Shown here: piece after piece, positions 38,785 through 49,922 of the stretch | Numbering within the stretch: position 1 is the first letter of the stretch | Layout of the letters: each line of letters begins with the position of its first letter | Assembly (NCBI GenBank): GCA_963823665.1 | Contig: CAWGMQ010000006.1 | Span: 128,001-192,000, forward strand | DNA length: 64,000 nucleotides | Reading direction: 5' to 3' | Origin: an uncultured Planctomycetota bacterium | GTDB taxonomy: Bacteria; Planctomycetota; Planctomycetia; Isosphaerales; Isosphaeraceae | The notes under the pieces: model-generated | What the model was told of the DNA's origin: nothing | The model's input: only the letters and a program-made list of their open reading frames with translations | Databases searched by the model: none | Position numbers and translations under genes: made by a program

Positions 38785-39507
38785 TCAACAGTGCCGGTCG
38801 AGAACCGCAACGCAGAATTGCGACGCTCTTTGATCACGATCCATGGGAATCGGCCCGGATTCGCCCAGCTCGATCCCTCGGGCGCTGTACCAGGCAACCG
38901 TGTCGTAGCCGTAACGGTTATAGCTGCTGTCCGTTTCTTCGTTGTGGGCCGCGTATCGACGGGCCACCCGCAGCACCTCCTGGCGGATTGTCTCGGCCGC
39001 CGGCGGCGGGTTGTGGAGGATCACCGCGGAAGTGACGACCATGTCGAACGACCGATCAGGGAAAGGGAGTCGCTCCGCGCGTCCCAGCACGAGAGTGAAC
39101 CGGGATTCCGGCGCCAGAAAACCCCGCGCCGCTTCAAGCTGGGTTGGACTGAAGTCGATGCCGGTGAGCGGGACTTCAACCCGAGCGGCCAACTCGTGGA
39201 GCACCCGTCCGTAACCGCAGCCGATCTCCAGGATCGATTCGGGCTGATACGAAGCCAGCCGCTGCGCCACCCAGGCCGCACGCAGCACACGGGATTCCTG
39301 GCCTTCCTGTTCGCGAAAGTAATCATCGCCCCCGCGCAATGTCCAATACCTGCGGGGATCGGCGTATAGGAGTCGACGTTTCCAGGACGGCCAGCGGCGC
39401 AGTGAACGCCTCAGCGTTTTATGCCAAGCATACTCGATGCCGTGCGACTGAATTGCCTTGAGCGCTCGAGTCGGCAACGACGAGCGTGCGCGTGCGTGAA
39501 GAGCCAT
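38785..39507 (-). CDS. Class I SAM-dependent methyltransferase
   Basis: ILEIGCGYG, GIDFS, LPFPDRSFDMV. Confidence 0.9.
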   Translation of the reverse strand: MALHARARSSLPTRALKAIQSHGIEYAWHKTLRRSLRRWPSWKRRLLYADPRRYWTLRGGDDYFREQEGQESRVLRAAWVAQRLASYQPESILEIGCGYGRVLHELAARVEVPLTGIDFSPTQLEAARGFLAPESRFTLVLGRAERLPFPDRSFDMVVTSAVILHNPPPAAETIRQEVLRVARRYAAHNEETDSSYNRYGYDTVAWYSARGIELGESGPIPMDRDQRASQFCVAVLDRHC

Positions 39508-39780
39508 GCCACCATCCTCGGAAGACTGCGCTGCACTGTGACGCGACCTGCCGAACCCGGCCGGAATGGATGGAGCGGCAGACTCCTTGGCCGGCCAGGC
39601 AGGTACTCTGATCACGCGAGCGCGACGGGAGTTTACAGACGCGCCGGTAAGGGGTCAAGGCAGGCTCTCGCTGAGTCGCGAATGACAACTGAGGCCCGGA
39701 TACATAGAATGGAGCAACCGACGCATTCGGAACACAACATTGCGAAGCGGAGCGACAAAGCCGGAAAGGACGACTTGATT

Positions 39781-40337
39781 ATGGGAGTTGGTTTCGGACG
39801 ATCGAGTGTGGCGGACGTGACGTTTCAGGTGTTCAATCGCTCGTTACATCCCGAATGGTTCACGACGCGCGAATTTCGTAGGGTCGAACAAAAACGATGG
39901 TCGGCAGACGCGCGGATTGTTGAAGGTGGCCACGTCGTGGCTTTCTCGTGCGGTGCGGTTCGCCTGACCGAAGTCCTCTGCGGTCCTGAGACGGTCTTAC
40001 CGGAGCCTGGGCGACTCTTTCACTCCCATCTCCGCCGCGAACGATCGGCGATGCTGAGGCCTGACGGAACCGTCGAGTATCAATGTTGTCTCGAAGTCGA
40101 GCGAGTAGACGTCGAGATTTTCCTCCACCTTTGTGAAGAGATCGCGCTGACCGCATCCGGGAACCGGCTCTTCCGGCGTTTTCCGGCTTCGAATCGGCTG
40201 GCGCCCCCCCGATCAGCCACATTGAACTGAGCGCCTCCGGCGCCGTCCTGTCGATTCAGTGCTTCCACTCCTTTCCAAACGAATGCGCAATCGTTCGAAC
40301 GCAGTCGTTGTTCGAGTTCAAGACACGGTCGAATTGA
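39781..40337 (+). CDS. DUF2617-like protein; frameshift in the C run near 40205
   Basis: FQVFNRSLHPEWF, IVEGGHVV; the shifted frame gives ISHIEL..FHSFPNECAIVRTQSLFEF. Confidence 0.7.
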
Positions 40338-41139
40338 GTCGAGACAGAAACCCTGCTGAACGGATTGACGCTTCCCGTGTAGATTTCGATCATCGCGCCG
40401 TTGACACACGCGAACTTGCCAGGAAGCCATAATTTCAGCCTGCGCCGATCAGCTTTTTTCGCCGAGTGGGATCGATTGCGTCGCGAGCCCGCGTCCGGAT
40501 GCGTTTCGTGTGAGCCGACATGGTTGACTCGGCGCGACTTCGCTTGTAGATTGCCGCAAAGATTCTTCTTTTCTTCTTCAATACTTCGTCCGGGTGCCGT
40601 GTCACGAGATGACGTCCGGTGCGATTCCGTGCATCGCAGTGAACGATGCGGTTGCGCGACGCCAAACGTCGATCAAACCGAATTCGTTCCGTTCTCAATG
40701 GGAAAGTTAGATCAATAGCGTCGATAAAGGGTCAGTCGATTCGAACGATCGTTACAGGCGGTGATCCCGGCTCAGAAGCTGGCCCTGACCTCTGACGTGC
40801 GTTCGACCGTCGGGCAGAACCGCAGGGGGCTCGATTAGTGATCAGGCGGATACAGAACCGAAAATGATCTGAGTAGACATGTCCTTAGCCACTGAAGCAG
40901 ACGCCCCACCAGCGAAAAAAGTCGAAAAAATGTTGACGGCTGTTGCCGGCCATAAGTAACGACGGCGTCAAGCGCACGCAGTGTCACGAGGCCGTCGCAG
41001 CCGGCGTCGCGGCTGGTTTTTCGCCAAAATTCGGTTGGCGTGGTTCAGCCAGGCGATTATCTTGCGTACCGTTCAATTGAGTGTTGATTGCCCCCGGTGT
41101 CGCGGGTGTGCGAGTTGGCATCCCAGGAGCACTGCCAAG

Positions 41140-42331
41140 ATGCCTCATCTGTTTCGGGTTGACCGGGTTCGCGGGTGTTTGTTGGGTTTGGCGGTGGGGG
41201 ACGCTCTGGGCGCTCCACTCGAGGGGTTGAGCCCGCAGCAGATCAAGACACACTACGGTCGCGTCACGAACTACGTCGATGGCGTGGCGGCGTGGCGGCG
41301 GAAGCCGCATCGCTGGCGGATGCCCGGCTTGTACACTGACGACACGCAACAGGCCCTAGCTTTATGTTGTGTCCTGCTGGAGTGCCGCCGCGTCGACCAA
41401 GAACGGCTTGCCGATCTTTACATGAGCCTGATGACGCCGAAGGGTCCATTCTCAGGCGCGCATCGAGGCATTGGCCGTAGTTTTCGACACGTCCTCTCAT
41501 CCCTTGAGCAGGGCGTGCCCGCGAACTTGGCCGGCCAACCCACGGCGGGCATTGGGGCGGCGATGCGGATCGCCCCAGTGGCTCTCTACTTCGGTGATGA
41601 GAACCGGCTCAATGTTTGATTCGGTGATGGCAGCCAGTCTGATGACGCATCGCGACATTCGCAGCTTGAGCGGTGCACTGGCGGTTGCGCACGGCGTCCG
41701 TCGACTCGCCGCCGGCGAGCGACGAGAGCCCAGCCTGCTCTTCAGGGTTGCCGCCGATCTCCTGAAGGATGAGGCGCGGATCGCGGCGGATTTTGGCGTC
41801 CAAGTCTTGAAGTTCGACCGCCATGCAGGTGGTCTGTCGCGGGCAATCGCTCACGCCGAGGGGATACTGGATCTGCCGACAGAGCACGCTCTGCCTTCGC
41901 TTGTGACCGAAGCCAACCGCCACGGTGCGGATCCCGTCTGCCGCCGAGCGACAATGGGATTCCCACCCGCCTGCATCCCCACCTGCTTCTATCTCTTGAT
42001 GACCACCGACTCGTTTGAAGAGGCGATCACTGAGGTCATCAACCTGGGCGGCGATACGGACACTTCCGCCGCGATTCTCGGCGCCCTCGCTGGCGCCTAT
42101 TACGGCGTTGACGCCATCCCCGAGCGATGGCTCGACGGGCTCCAAAATCGTGAAGGCATCGATGCGTGGGCGATTGCGCTGGCCCATCGCTCGCGTCGAG
42201 GAATTCACATCCCGGACTTGATCAGTACCGAACGATGTCTCACCCAGAAGGAAGGGGAGAGCTTTGAGGCGTTCGCCTCGGTCACAAGAACGGCCGACGA
42301 CCGGGATGCCGAGGACCACCACATCCTTTGA
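41140..42331 (+). CDS. ADP-ribosylglycohydrolase (DraG/ARH family); frameshift near 41607
   Basis: GCLLGLAVGDALGAPLE, YTDDTQ, GAAMRIAP, GGDTDTSAAILGALAGAYYG; AGGAG RBS. Confidence 0.9.
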
Positions 42332-42617
42332 GCCCAACGATGCGGCGATCGGAGTTTTTCGTCCCAATCGCTTGGGCGGCAACCTTCTTGCCTCTATCCG
42401 GCGCCTGAGACGACCGAATTGTTTAGCGCACGGCGTGCCCTTTCCCGGATACCGACGCGCGGGTAGAATGCAAGAAACAAGTGCGATTGCGTGGGTGCGC
42501 CTGGCGGTATGAGCATCAGAGCCTGCTCGGCGTGCCACCACCGGGTAGCCCTGTTATGCCTGCCCAGAACCCATTTCTTCTCCCCGTTCGCCGGCAGTTC
42601 TGGGAGACTATTCGGCA

Positions 42618-43142
42618 ATGAGTCGGATCAGCGGCGACCAGGTCCGGAAGAAGCTTGACGAAGCCGAAGGCTACTTGATGCTCGACCTCGCCCCCCGGGC
42701 ACTCGAAATTCTCGAGAGTCAGCAAGATTGGTTGAGTATGCAGTTCGAGGCGAGCCTGCTCAAGGGGGAAGCGCTTCGCGCTCTCAACCGATACCGCGAT
42801 GCGCTTCGACCGCTCGAAATCGCGGCCACACTGCGACCCGGCGACTCACGGGTAGCGCTCGCCCTGGGCTGGTGCTTTAAGCGCACTAATCGCCTCGCTC
42901 AAGCGATCGATTCGCTTGAGCGCGCTCTGAGAGAACACCCCGACGAGGCGCTGTTGCACTATAATCTGGCGTGCTACTGGAGCTTGGCCGCGAACGGTCC
43001 GAAAGCGCTCGGGGAATTGTCCACCGCGCTTGATCTCGACCCTGCGCTTCGCGCCTTGGTCACAGGCGAGTCAGATTTCGACGGCCTGAGAGGCAATCCG
43101 GAGTTCGAGCGCCTCATATCTGGACGCGCGCCGCAAACCTAG
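42618..43142 (+). CDS. TPR repeat protein
   Basis: AEGYLML, ALGWCFKR, HYNLACYWSL. Confidence 0.88.
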   Translation: MSRISGDQVRKKLDEAEGYLMLDLAPRALEILESQQDWLSMQFEASLLKGEALRALNRYRDALRPLEIAATLRPGDSRVALALGWCFKRTNRLAQAIDSLERALREHPDEALLHYNLACYWSLAANGPKALGELSTALDLDPALRALVTGESDFDGLRGNPEFERLISGRAPQT

Positions 43143-43302
43143 CCCAGACAGATGTTTACATCGAGGATCGGTCTGCGGGCTCTGCCCAAGATGCGAAGAC
43201 ATTTCCGTGCCCCGCGCCCGCCCGCTGCACAATACTCGGCCGACTCGGCACCCACGTCTTCGGCGAACAACTCGGCGAACCGGTCGGACGTAACCTCCCG
43301 CC

Positions 43303-43632
43303 TCACGATTCATCAAGGATTCGCTGTGTGATCTCGCGTTCGCAGATCTTGCACCACTTCCAACGCTTGGTGCCGATCAATCCGTCCAGGTGCTCGATTG
43401 CCACCCGAACCGATTTGAACCAGATCTTCGTCTCGTTCTCGCCAACTCGTTCGAGCTTGCTGCATCGAGCGAAATGCAACAGATTGAGCGGAGCACGTGC
43501 GTTGCGGGGCTTTCCGTTGGATTCTGGGACCGCGCCGTGGAAAATGAATCCGATCGCCTCCAATCGCGTCTCCGAGAACTCTTCGGAAGATTCCAGGGTA
43601 CGAACCGCTGGTAACTTTTGTTGAGTCAGCAT
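43303..43632 (-). CDS. Small hypothetical protein, possibly Zn-binding
   Basis: 109 aa with HFARC and WCKIC. Confidence 0.6.
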   Translation of the reverse strand: MLTQQKLPAVRTLESSEEFSETRLEAIGFIFHGAVPESNGKPRNARAPLNLLHFARCSKLERVGENETKIWFKSVRVAIEHLDGLIGTKRWKWCKICEREITQRILDES

Positions 43633-43818
43633 GTATGGTCCCCGAATCCGCCCGGTTTCTCGATTTCAAGCATAAAAGATAATTTAACCAAACAGTCTGA
43701 TAACTGCAAGGTGAAGACGACCGGAAGTTGCCACCGCGATTCGAAGTCGCGAAGTATATCCTGTAGCGACAATGTTCTAGAATTTCTCGGCTTCGACCGG
43801 AGTCGAAAGGCGGACCAT

Positions 43819-45462
43819 GTGATTCCCGAGACCGTCAGCCATCTCCGAGATATTCCGCGATATGGTCAAATTCTCACGACGCTCGTTCGCTACGGCTACC
43901 AGGACGTGGTGACGGCACTTCATCTCGAGGGAATCGCCCGCCCTATCGAGCGAGTCGCCCTCGGTAACGCGCTGCCTCAACACGATCGTCCGCATCGGCT
44001 CCGCCTGGTATGCGAGGACCTCGGGCCAACCTTTGTCAAGCTCGGGCAATTGCTGAGCACGAGACCGGACCTGCTCCCCGAGGCCTACACCACCGAGCTC
44101 GCCTATTTGCGCGATGACGTCAGAACTTTTCCGTTCGACCAGGTCGAATCGATTCTCCGTGACGAATACGGCCAATCGCCTGCGCAGATCTTCGCATGCC
44201 TCGACGAAAAACCAGTGGCCTCTGCCTCGATCTCACAAGTACACCGGGCGGTGCTCCGCGATGGCCGCGTCGTCGCTCTGAAAGTACAGCGGCCTGACAT
44301 CGCCAAGGTCGTGCAGGCCGATCTCGACATCATAAAAAACCTCGCGCAGCTCATCGAACGCCGGATTCCTAATCTTGCCGTCTACCGGCCGCTCACGATG
44401 GCCCGCGAATTCGAGCGCACGATCAAGCGCGAGCTCGACTTCTCCCGCGAGCGCCGCACTATCGAGCGCTGCCGCCTCCAGTTCGCCGACGACAGCTCCG
44501 TCCACATTCCGCTGACTTTTCCCGAACTGTCCACGGCGCGTGTGCTGGCGATGGAGTTTGTCGAAGGTGTGCCGATCAACGATCTCGAGGGCATCCGCTT
44601 GATGGGATCCACTCCTGAGAAAATCGCAGTCGCCGGCGCCCGCCTGCTGCTCAAGCAAATCTTCGAGTTCGGCTTCTTTCATGCCGACCCCCATCCCGGC
44701 AATCTTCGCGTGTTGCCTTCAGGTCTCATCGTCCCACTTGATTATGGCGTATTCGGACATCTCGATATCCGAACACGAGAGCGGATCGCCGGCCTCTTGA
44801 CCGGCCTCTTGTCGCAAGATGCCGACCGCGTCATCCGCGCCCTCGAATCACTCGAGATCCGCCGCGACCACACGGACGCCCGCGGCTTCCGGCGAGACGT
44901 CGCCGAACTGGTTACTGCATATTCCGACCTGAGCCTCGACACCCTCGACCTCGGCGTTCTTCTTCGCGACCTGACAGGCATCATCCGGACCCACCGCCTC
45001 TCGATCCCGCCTGATCTCGTGCTCCTGATCCGCGCGCTCGTCACCATCGAGTCGGTCGGTCGCGGCCTCGATCCGCATTTTGACATCGCAGCACAGCTTC
45101 ATCCCTTCCTTCGCGACGAAATGCGCCGAAGATTCAAGCCCGACCGGATCTTGAGCCAGACCGTACGAACATCCGAAGACCTTCGGCGCATCGCCACCCT
45201 GATCCCCGATTTGCTCAGCCAGTCCCTCGAATCGATCAAGCGCGGTGAGCTGCGCGTCGTCTTCGATCTACAGGGCTTCGAACGCATGGTGCGCCAGTTG
45301 ACACGGGCGAGCAACAGCTTGACGCTCGGCATCGTCATCGCAGGCCTGTTTGTCTCCTCTTCGTTGTTGTTCCGCGTTGGACAGACCACCCTCGCGTTCG
45401 TAGGACTGACGCTGGCCATCACCTTGGGCGCGGCACTTGGCTGGAACATGACCCGAAGCTGA
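43819..45462 (+). CDS. ABC1/UbiB/AarF-family atypical kinase
   Basis: LGPTFVKLGQLLSTRPD, ASASISQVH, ALKVQRP, FFHADPHPGN, DYG; two C-terminal TMs. Confidence 0.93.
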   Translation: MIPETVSHLRDIPRYGQILTTLVRYGYQDVVTALHLEGIARPIERVALGNALPQHDRPHRLRLVCEDLGPTFVKLGQLLSTRPDLLPEAYTTELAYLRDDVRTFPFDQVESILRDEYGQSPAQIFACLDEKPVASASISQVHRAVLRDGRVVALKVQRPDIAKVVQADLDIIKNLAQLIERRIPNLAVYRPLTMAREFERTIKRELDFSRERRTIERCRLQFADDSSVHIPLTFPELSTARVLAMEFVEGVPINDLEGIRLMGSTPEKIAVAGARLLLKQIFEFGFFHADPHPGNLRVLPSGLIVPLDYGVFGHLDIRTRERIAGLLTGLLSQDADRVIRALESLEIRRDHTDARGFRRDVAELVTAYSDLSLDTLDLGVLLRDLTGIIRTHRLSIPPDLVLLIRALVTIESVGRGLDPHFDIAAQLHPFLRDEMRRRFKPDRILSQTVRTSEDLRRIATLIPDLLSQSLESIKRGELRVVFDLQGFERMVRQLTRASNSLTLGIVIAGLFVSSSLLFRVGQTTLAFVGLTLAITLGAALGWNMTRS

Positions 45463-45524
45463 TTCGGAGAACTCTAGGGCGCGAGGCCCGTCGGGCGCGA
45501 CCGTCGTCCGGAGTGCACTCGCGG

Positions 45525-45740
45525 TCAAGGAAACTGCGGTGAAGCCACGCCGGATGGAAGAACCTTGCTCACAGCCGGCGGTCCGGCGACCGAGTTGATC
45601 GGTCTGACCGCAGAAACCGCGCCGGCGCAAGGATCAACGCACTCCGCATAGCCGACAGCCTGCCTCTTCGGCCAGTGGTGGCAGCCGACGGAGGATGCGA
45701 GCAACACGGCGATCGAAGCGAACTCGAAGAAGCGTCTCAT
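45525..45740 (-). CDS. Small lipoprotein
   Basis: MRRFFEFASIAVLLASSVGC lipobox; AGAGGG upstream. Confidence 0.7.
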   Translation of the reverse strand: MRRFFEFASIAVLLASSVGCHHWPKRQAVGYAECVDPCAGAVSAVRPINSVAGPPAVSKVLPSGVASPQFP

Positions 45741-45918
45741 CAGTCGACCCTCTACGAAAAGGGGGTGAGTTGCTGACGAGAAAAGCTTGCATCATGAACC
45801 GCTTCCAAACGACAAAAATCACCCGATTGACATTGACGATTGTCATGAATCGCGCGCCCTGCCGGCTCAAGTTAAGATCGCATTCACACACCAGGAAGTC
45901 TCGTTGTAGCCTTTATTC

Positions 45919-47262
45919 TCAAGTGCGGATATTGTCCCACCGGAGCCTGGCGAATGTCCCGAACACGATCAGCGGAATCCACGCCGCCAGCGCGGGGGTA
46001 ACGATCTTGAATCCACCAAGATACTGGCAGAAGATAATCCCCCCATAAAACATCGCTGAATTCCCCAGCGCGAATCCCAGGTTGATGAACGTGTTGCGTC
46101 CGAAACCTCCCAGCACCAGCGGCAAGCTCATGAAGAGCAGGTTCATTGCCAGAAGCGGCCGCAACAGCCGCACGTGCACGAACATCCCCACGTCGTTCCG
46201 TTCCGAGCCCTCTTCCGTCGACGGGTCCGTCAGCCCCTGCAGCAGGTCTCGTGTCGTCGCAAACTGATACCAGTTGGTCTTCCGCGTCATGGCCTGAAAG
46301 CTCAGGCTTGTCTTCAAGAAATAATTGCCGCGGCCGACGTCGGTCTTTCGGTCGAGTGTGGCGTAAATCTTTGCAAACGCTGCGGTTGCATTGAACGGCA
46401 GAGGCGGAAATGCGGTGAAGCACGCGATTTCGGAGTGAGGCCGGTAGAGCCGCTCGGCTCCGGCGTCGGCTCCGAGCGCCGCTCTTTGGCCGGCTTTGGT
46501 CTGGGCCTCGGCTTTGGCTGGTGAAACGTACTGCTTCGGGAAGCCCTTCAGGTCGTAGACGAGGCAGAGCACCTTGCTGCTGTCCGCCAGCAACTCCTCT
46601 TCGATCACAGGGCTGACGGTCGCGTTGCGCACCAGCCACCCGCCTTTCAAGGGCGCGGTCGGATGGTCCGGCGGAATATACGTCGCCTGCACGCCTTTGA
46701 TGTCGCGAATCGAGCCGAAGACGCTTTTCGGAATGGTTGCCCAGAACGGGAACAGCGTCTTGCTCGCTCGGTCGGCATCCACCCCATGAATATAGATGTT
46801 TTGCCCGTCATAGCGGCCGGTCACGTGGACCGTGCGCTCGCCGTCATCGTCGTGCGTCTTCGCCAGCTCCTCCCCGAACATCGGCATGATGATCTCTTGG
46901 TTCGCTACAGTGATCCCTCCCACCAAGAAGGACGAGATGAGCACCGGGCGAATTGCCCGATGCGTGCTGATCCCCGCCGCCAGCATCGCAAGCTGCTCGT
47001 TGTTGCGCTGCATGAACGTCACCGTGAAAATCGCCGCCATCATCCCGATCACACCACTCAACTGGTCGAAGAACAGACTTTGGCGCACCAGGTAGAACCG
47101 GCCCATCACTTGCAGCGTCTCGACCGCACCTTCAGCTCGCTTGGAAAACTCATCCAGATTCGAAAATGCGTCGATCACGACGTACAGGCCCACGAGCGAA
47201 ACGTAACAGATCACGTACGCCTTCACGAATGCCCAGTACCGCTGCTTGTCGAGAATCCGCAC
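45919..47262 (-). CDS. lptG: LptF/LptG-family LPS export permease
   Basis: ILDKQRY..FVKAY, RNNEQLAMLAAGIS, LAAWIP; second gene of the tandem pair. Confidence 0.85.
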   Translation of the reverse strand: MRILDKQRYWAFVKAYVICYVSLVGLYVVIDAFSNLDEFSKRAEGAVETLQVMGRFYLVRQSLFFDQLSGVIGMMAAIFTVTFMQRNNEQLAMLAAGISTHRAIRPVLISSFLVGGITVANQEIIMPMFGEELAKTHDDDGERTVHVTGRYDGQNIYIHGVDADRASKTLFPFWATIPKSVFGSIRDIKGVQATYIPPDHPTAPLKGGWLVRNATVSPVIEEELLADSSKVLCLVYDLKGFPKQYVSPAKAEAQTKAGQRAALGADAGAERLYRPHSEIACFTAFPPLPFNATAAFAKIYATLDRKTDVGRGNYFLKTSLSFQAMTRKTNWYQFATTRDLLQGLTDPSTEEGSERNDVGMFVHVRLLRPLLAMNLLFMSLPLVLGGFGRNTFINLGFALGNSAMFYGGIIFCQYLGGFKIVTPALAAWIPLIVFGTFARLRWDNIRT

Positions 47263-47341
47263 GCTTGTCCCTCCAGAGCCGGCCGATCATGCCCGCCCGC
47301 CCCGACGATTCCTTACGAGCCTTCGCACCCCTCGACCGCCC

Positions 47342-48541
47342 TCAGTGCTTCACGACCGACGGCAAGACGAGCGCAGCTCCCAGAAGTAAAAGAACGTTTC
47401 CTATCCACAGTGAGAAATACGGCGCAAGCTGGCCTTCCTTGCTCATGTTCACTCCGCCGAGCATCAGCGGATAGTAGATCGCGATGATCGGCAGAAAACA
47501 CGTCATGAACGCGCTCAAGAAATCGCGCCGCGCAAATCGAATTCCAATCGGCGCTCCCACCAGCACGAACAGCAAACTCCCAAACGCCATCGAAACGCGA
47601 AGATGCCACTCGGTATTAAGCTCGTTGCAGCCCCTCACCCAGTCGCCGTGGTCTCGAAATACTTGGTGTACATCTGCCCATTTAATATCGTCGATGCGGC
47701 CCGTCGCGAATGCGAACGCGTCCTTGATGGCTTCTCGTTTCCGGGCAGTCGCAATCAAAAGACGATTCTTCGCCAGCTCCGCGTCAATCTCCGCGAAGGT
47801 TCGTTCCTGCGACTTGATTTCCATGTTGAACTTGCTGTCCGGCGGAATCGAGAACGGCAGCTCATTGTTGTTGATCAAGAACACATCGACATCCTGCGCC
47901 AATCGCTGAACTTCCGCATCCTCGAGATACACCCGCACCAGGTTCTCGTTCAGATGGAAATGCAACTCGGCCGTCCGCGCCTGGATGATCGCGTCGTATT
48001 CGTTGCTCCCTTTGACTTTGTGCTTGAATGTCGGGTCGATCATCTTCGAGCCCTGAACGTCGCGGACCTTGATCAAGAACGGCCACTTGGGATGGTTGAA
48101 TTCGCGGTCCCGCGCCAGCAGCTTGTAAAACATATCCTCTAGATCTTTGAACAGAACCATTTTCGCATTGTGCGTGCTGCGAGGGATCCAGCCTGAGCTC
48201 GCATAAAAGAGCCACCCCGATAGCACCATCCCCAGAAAAATCGTCGGCCAGAGCACCGTCCACACGCTCAAACCCGCACTCTTCACCGCGATGATCTCGT
48301 TGTCACCCGCCAGCCGGCCATAGACGACCGTTGCCGCAAACAGCAGCGACACCGGAATCGTGTACGGCAGCGTGCTCGGAATCACATACGGCACCAGATG
48401 GGCAACATCCGCAGGGGAGAGACCAATATCACGCGCTTGCGCCGCTACCATGAACAGCACGAAGATGGCGGTCATGGTCAACAGCGCGAGCCCGAACGAC
48501 CGCACAACCTCGCCAAATACATACCGCTGGAGAATTCCCAA
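47342..48541 (-). CDS. lptF: LptF/LptG-family LPS export permease
   Basis: ILQRYVFGE, YGRLAGDNEIIAVKSAGLS, GAPIG, WIGNV. Confidence 0.87.
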   Translation of the reverse strand: MGILQRYVFGEVVRSFGLALLTMTAIFVLFMVAAQARDIGLSPADVAHLVPYVIPSTLPYTIPVSLLFAATVVYGRLAGDNEIIAVKSAGLSVWTVLWPTIFLGMVLSGWLFYASSGWIPRSTHNAKMVLFKDLEDMFYKLLARDREFNHPKWPFLIKVRDVQGSKMIDPTFKHKVKGSNEYDAIIQARTAELHFHLNENLVRVYLEDAEVQRLAQDVDVFLINNNELPFSIPPDSKFNMEIKSQERTFAEIDAELAKNRLLIATARKREAIKDAFAFATGRIDDIKWADVHQVFRDHGDWVRGCNELNTEWHLRVSMAFGSLLFVLVGAPIGIRFARRDFLSAFMTCFLPIIAIYYPLMLGGVNMSKEGQLAPYFSLWIGNVLLLLGAALVLPSVVKH

Positions 48542-48635
48542 CTCGACGGCCTCCTGTCTTCGCTTCCTTGCCGCAGGCGATCGCCCTCGATCTCAATGGG
48601 TATCAGCGCCTCCCGCTTGGTCGGCCCCGCTTGCT

Positions 48636-49922
48636 TCACCCGACGTGCGCCAGGCACGCGCACAGAGCCTTGCCCAGCCGGCGGGCCCCTTCAACCAGTT
48701 CGGGCTCGCCGGGAACCCCGAACGTCAGCCGGATGTGATTCTTGGGCACCGGAGCAGGCTCGGGCGCAAACGCGTAGTCACCGGGTACGTAAATCACTCC
48801 CTCCCGTACGCACTGCGTGAAAAGAGGCCCGTCAAAACTCGTGTCGAGTCCCTCCGGCACCGTCATCCACACGAACAGCCCCCCCTGCGGCTCGGTCCAG
48901 CAAATCTCCGGATCGATCGGCCTGACATGTTTCTCAAGCGCCGACAGGAAAGCGCCACATTTCCTCCGGTAGATACCGATCAACCCGCGCACATGTCGTT
49001 CATACCGCCCATCCGCCATCATCTGATCGATCAGCCGCTGGTTGAAATTCGCTGACCCGAAATCGTGGTTCCCTTTGAGCGAAACGATCGTCTCGACCAG
49101 TGACCAGGGCAACACCCCGTACCCGGTCTTGAGCCCCGGGCTGAGCGTCTTGCTGAACGTCCCCGCAAGGATCACCGTCTCGCCCTCGCCGTCCAGACTC
49201 CATAGCGACGCCGGCTCGCTCCCCTCAAACCCCAAGCCTCGATAGGCAGCGTCCTCCAGTACGAAGATGCGGTGGTTCTTCGACCACTTTCTTGCCAGCT
49301 CCACCAGCGGCCGCCGCCGTGATTCCGCCAGACTGATTCCCGTCGGATTGGCATGCTCCGGAATCGTGTAGATGAGTTTGACACGATCGAGCTGACCCTC
49401 GCTCTCGAGCCGCTCGAGCGTTTGCTCGAGCTGCCCGATCTGCATGCCGCCTGCGTCGATCGGAATTCGAATCGCACGCGCACCTCGCGTTTCGATCGGG
49501 CCCAGAAAAACGAAATAGGTCGGCGACTCTACTAATACGATGTCTCCCGGGTCCAGGAGCGCTTCGCAGATGAGATAAATCAACTGCGCCGAGCCGGTCG
49601 TGACGATTGTTCGGGGCAGTGCATCCCGGTAAGCGCCGCTCGACTGGAAATCCTTCCGCTCGAGATACTCGAGCACACGTGCCCGAAGCCCCAGGTCGCC
49701 CCCCGTTGTCCCGTACTGAAGCGCCCGGCGGCCGCCAACCGGGTCGGACAGCACCTCGGCCACTGATCGCCCCGCCATCTCGACAGGCAATGACTGCTGA
49801 TCCACGAATCCGGCCGCCAGCGAGACGACTCCAGGATTAAGAAGGGCCGCTTGCATCAACTGAGTGATCGACGACGGTTGCGTCCGCCGCGCCGCCGCGC
49901 TGAGAGCAATCGGAACGGTCAT
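48636..49922 (-). CDS. PLP-dependent class I/II aminotransferase (LysN-like)
   Basis: SLAAG, LQYG, HANPTG, LEDAAY, GTFSKTLSPGLKTG, PQGGLFVW. Confidence 0.92.
   Translation of the reverse strand: MTVPIALSAAARRTQPSSITQLMQAALLNPGVVSLAAGFVDQQSLPVEMAGRSVAEVLSDPVGGRRALQYGTTGGDLGLRARVLEYLERKDFQSSGAYRDALPRTIVTTGSAQLIYLICEALLDPGDIVLVESPTYFVFLGPIETRGARAIRIPIDAGGMQIGQLEQTLERLESEGQLDRVKLIYTIPEHANPTGISLAESRRRPLVELARKWSKNHRIFVLEDAAYRGLGFEGSEPASLWSLDGEGETVILAGTFSKTLSPGLKTGYGVLPWSLVETIVSLKGNHDFGSANFNQRLIDQMMADGRYERHVRGLIGIYRRKCGAFLSALEKHVRPIDPEICWTEPQGGLFVWMTVPEGLDTSFDGPLFTQCVREGVIYVPGDYAFAPEPAPVPKNHIRLTFGVPGEPELVEGARRLGKALCACLAHVG

Noticed and set aside
34740..38897. 1385-aa GT-C / CDP-alcohol transferase / Gfo triple fusion
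   Set aside because: The linkers read as off-frame sequence; alternative frames give natural C-termini with stops at ~36818 and 35932; indels are common in this window
40340..41130. Possible ncRNA or leader peptide (MSTQIIFGSVSA on the minus strand) in the long intergenic region
   Set aside because: No recognisable family motif or convincing long hairpin by eye; needs an Infernal search
41140..42331. ADP-ribosylglycohydrolase as part of the SIR2 system
   Set aside because: About 19 kb away among core genes, with no linkage evidence
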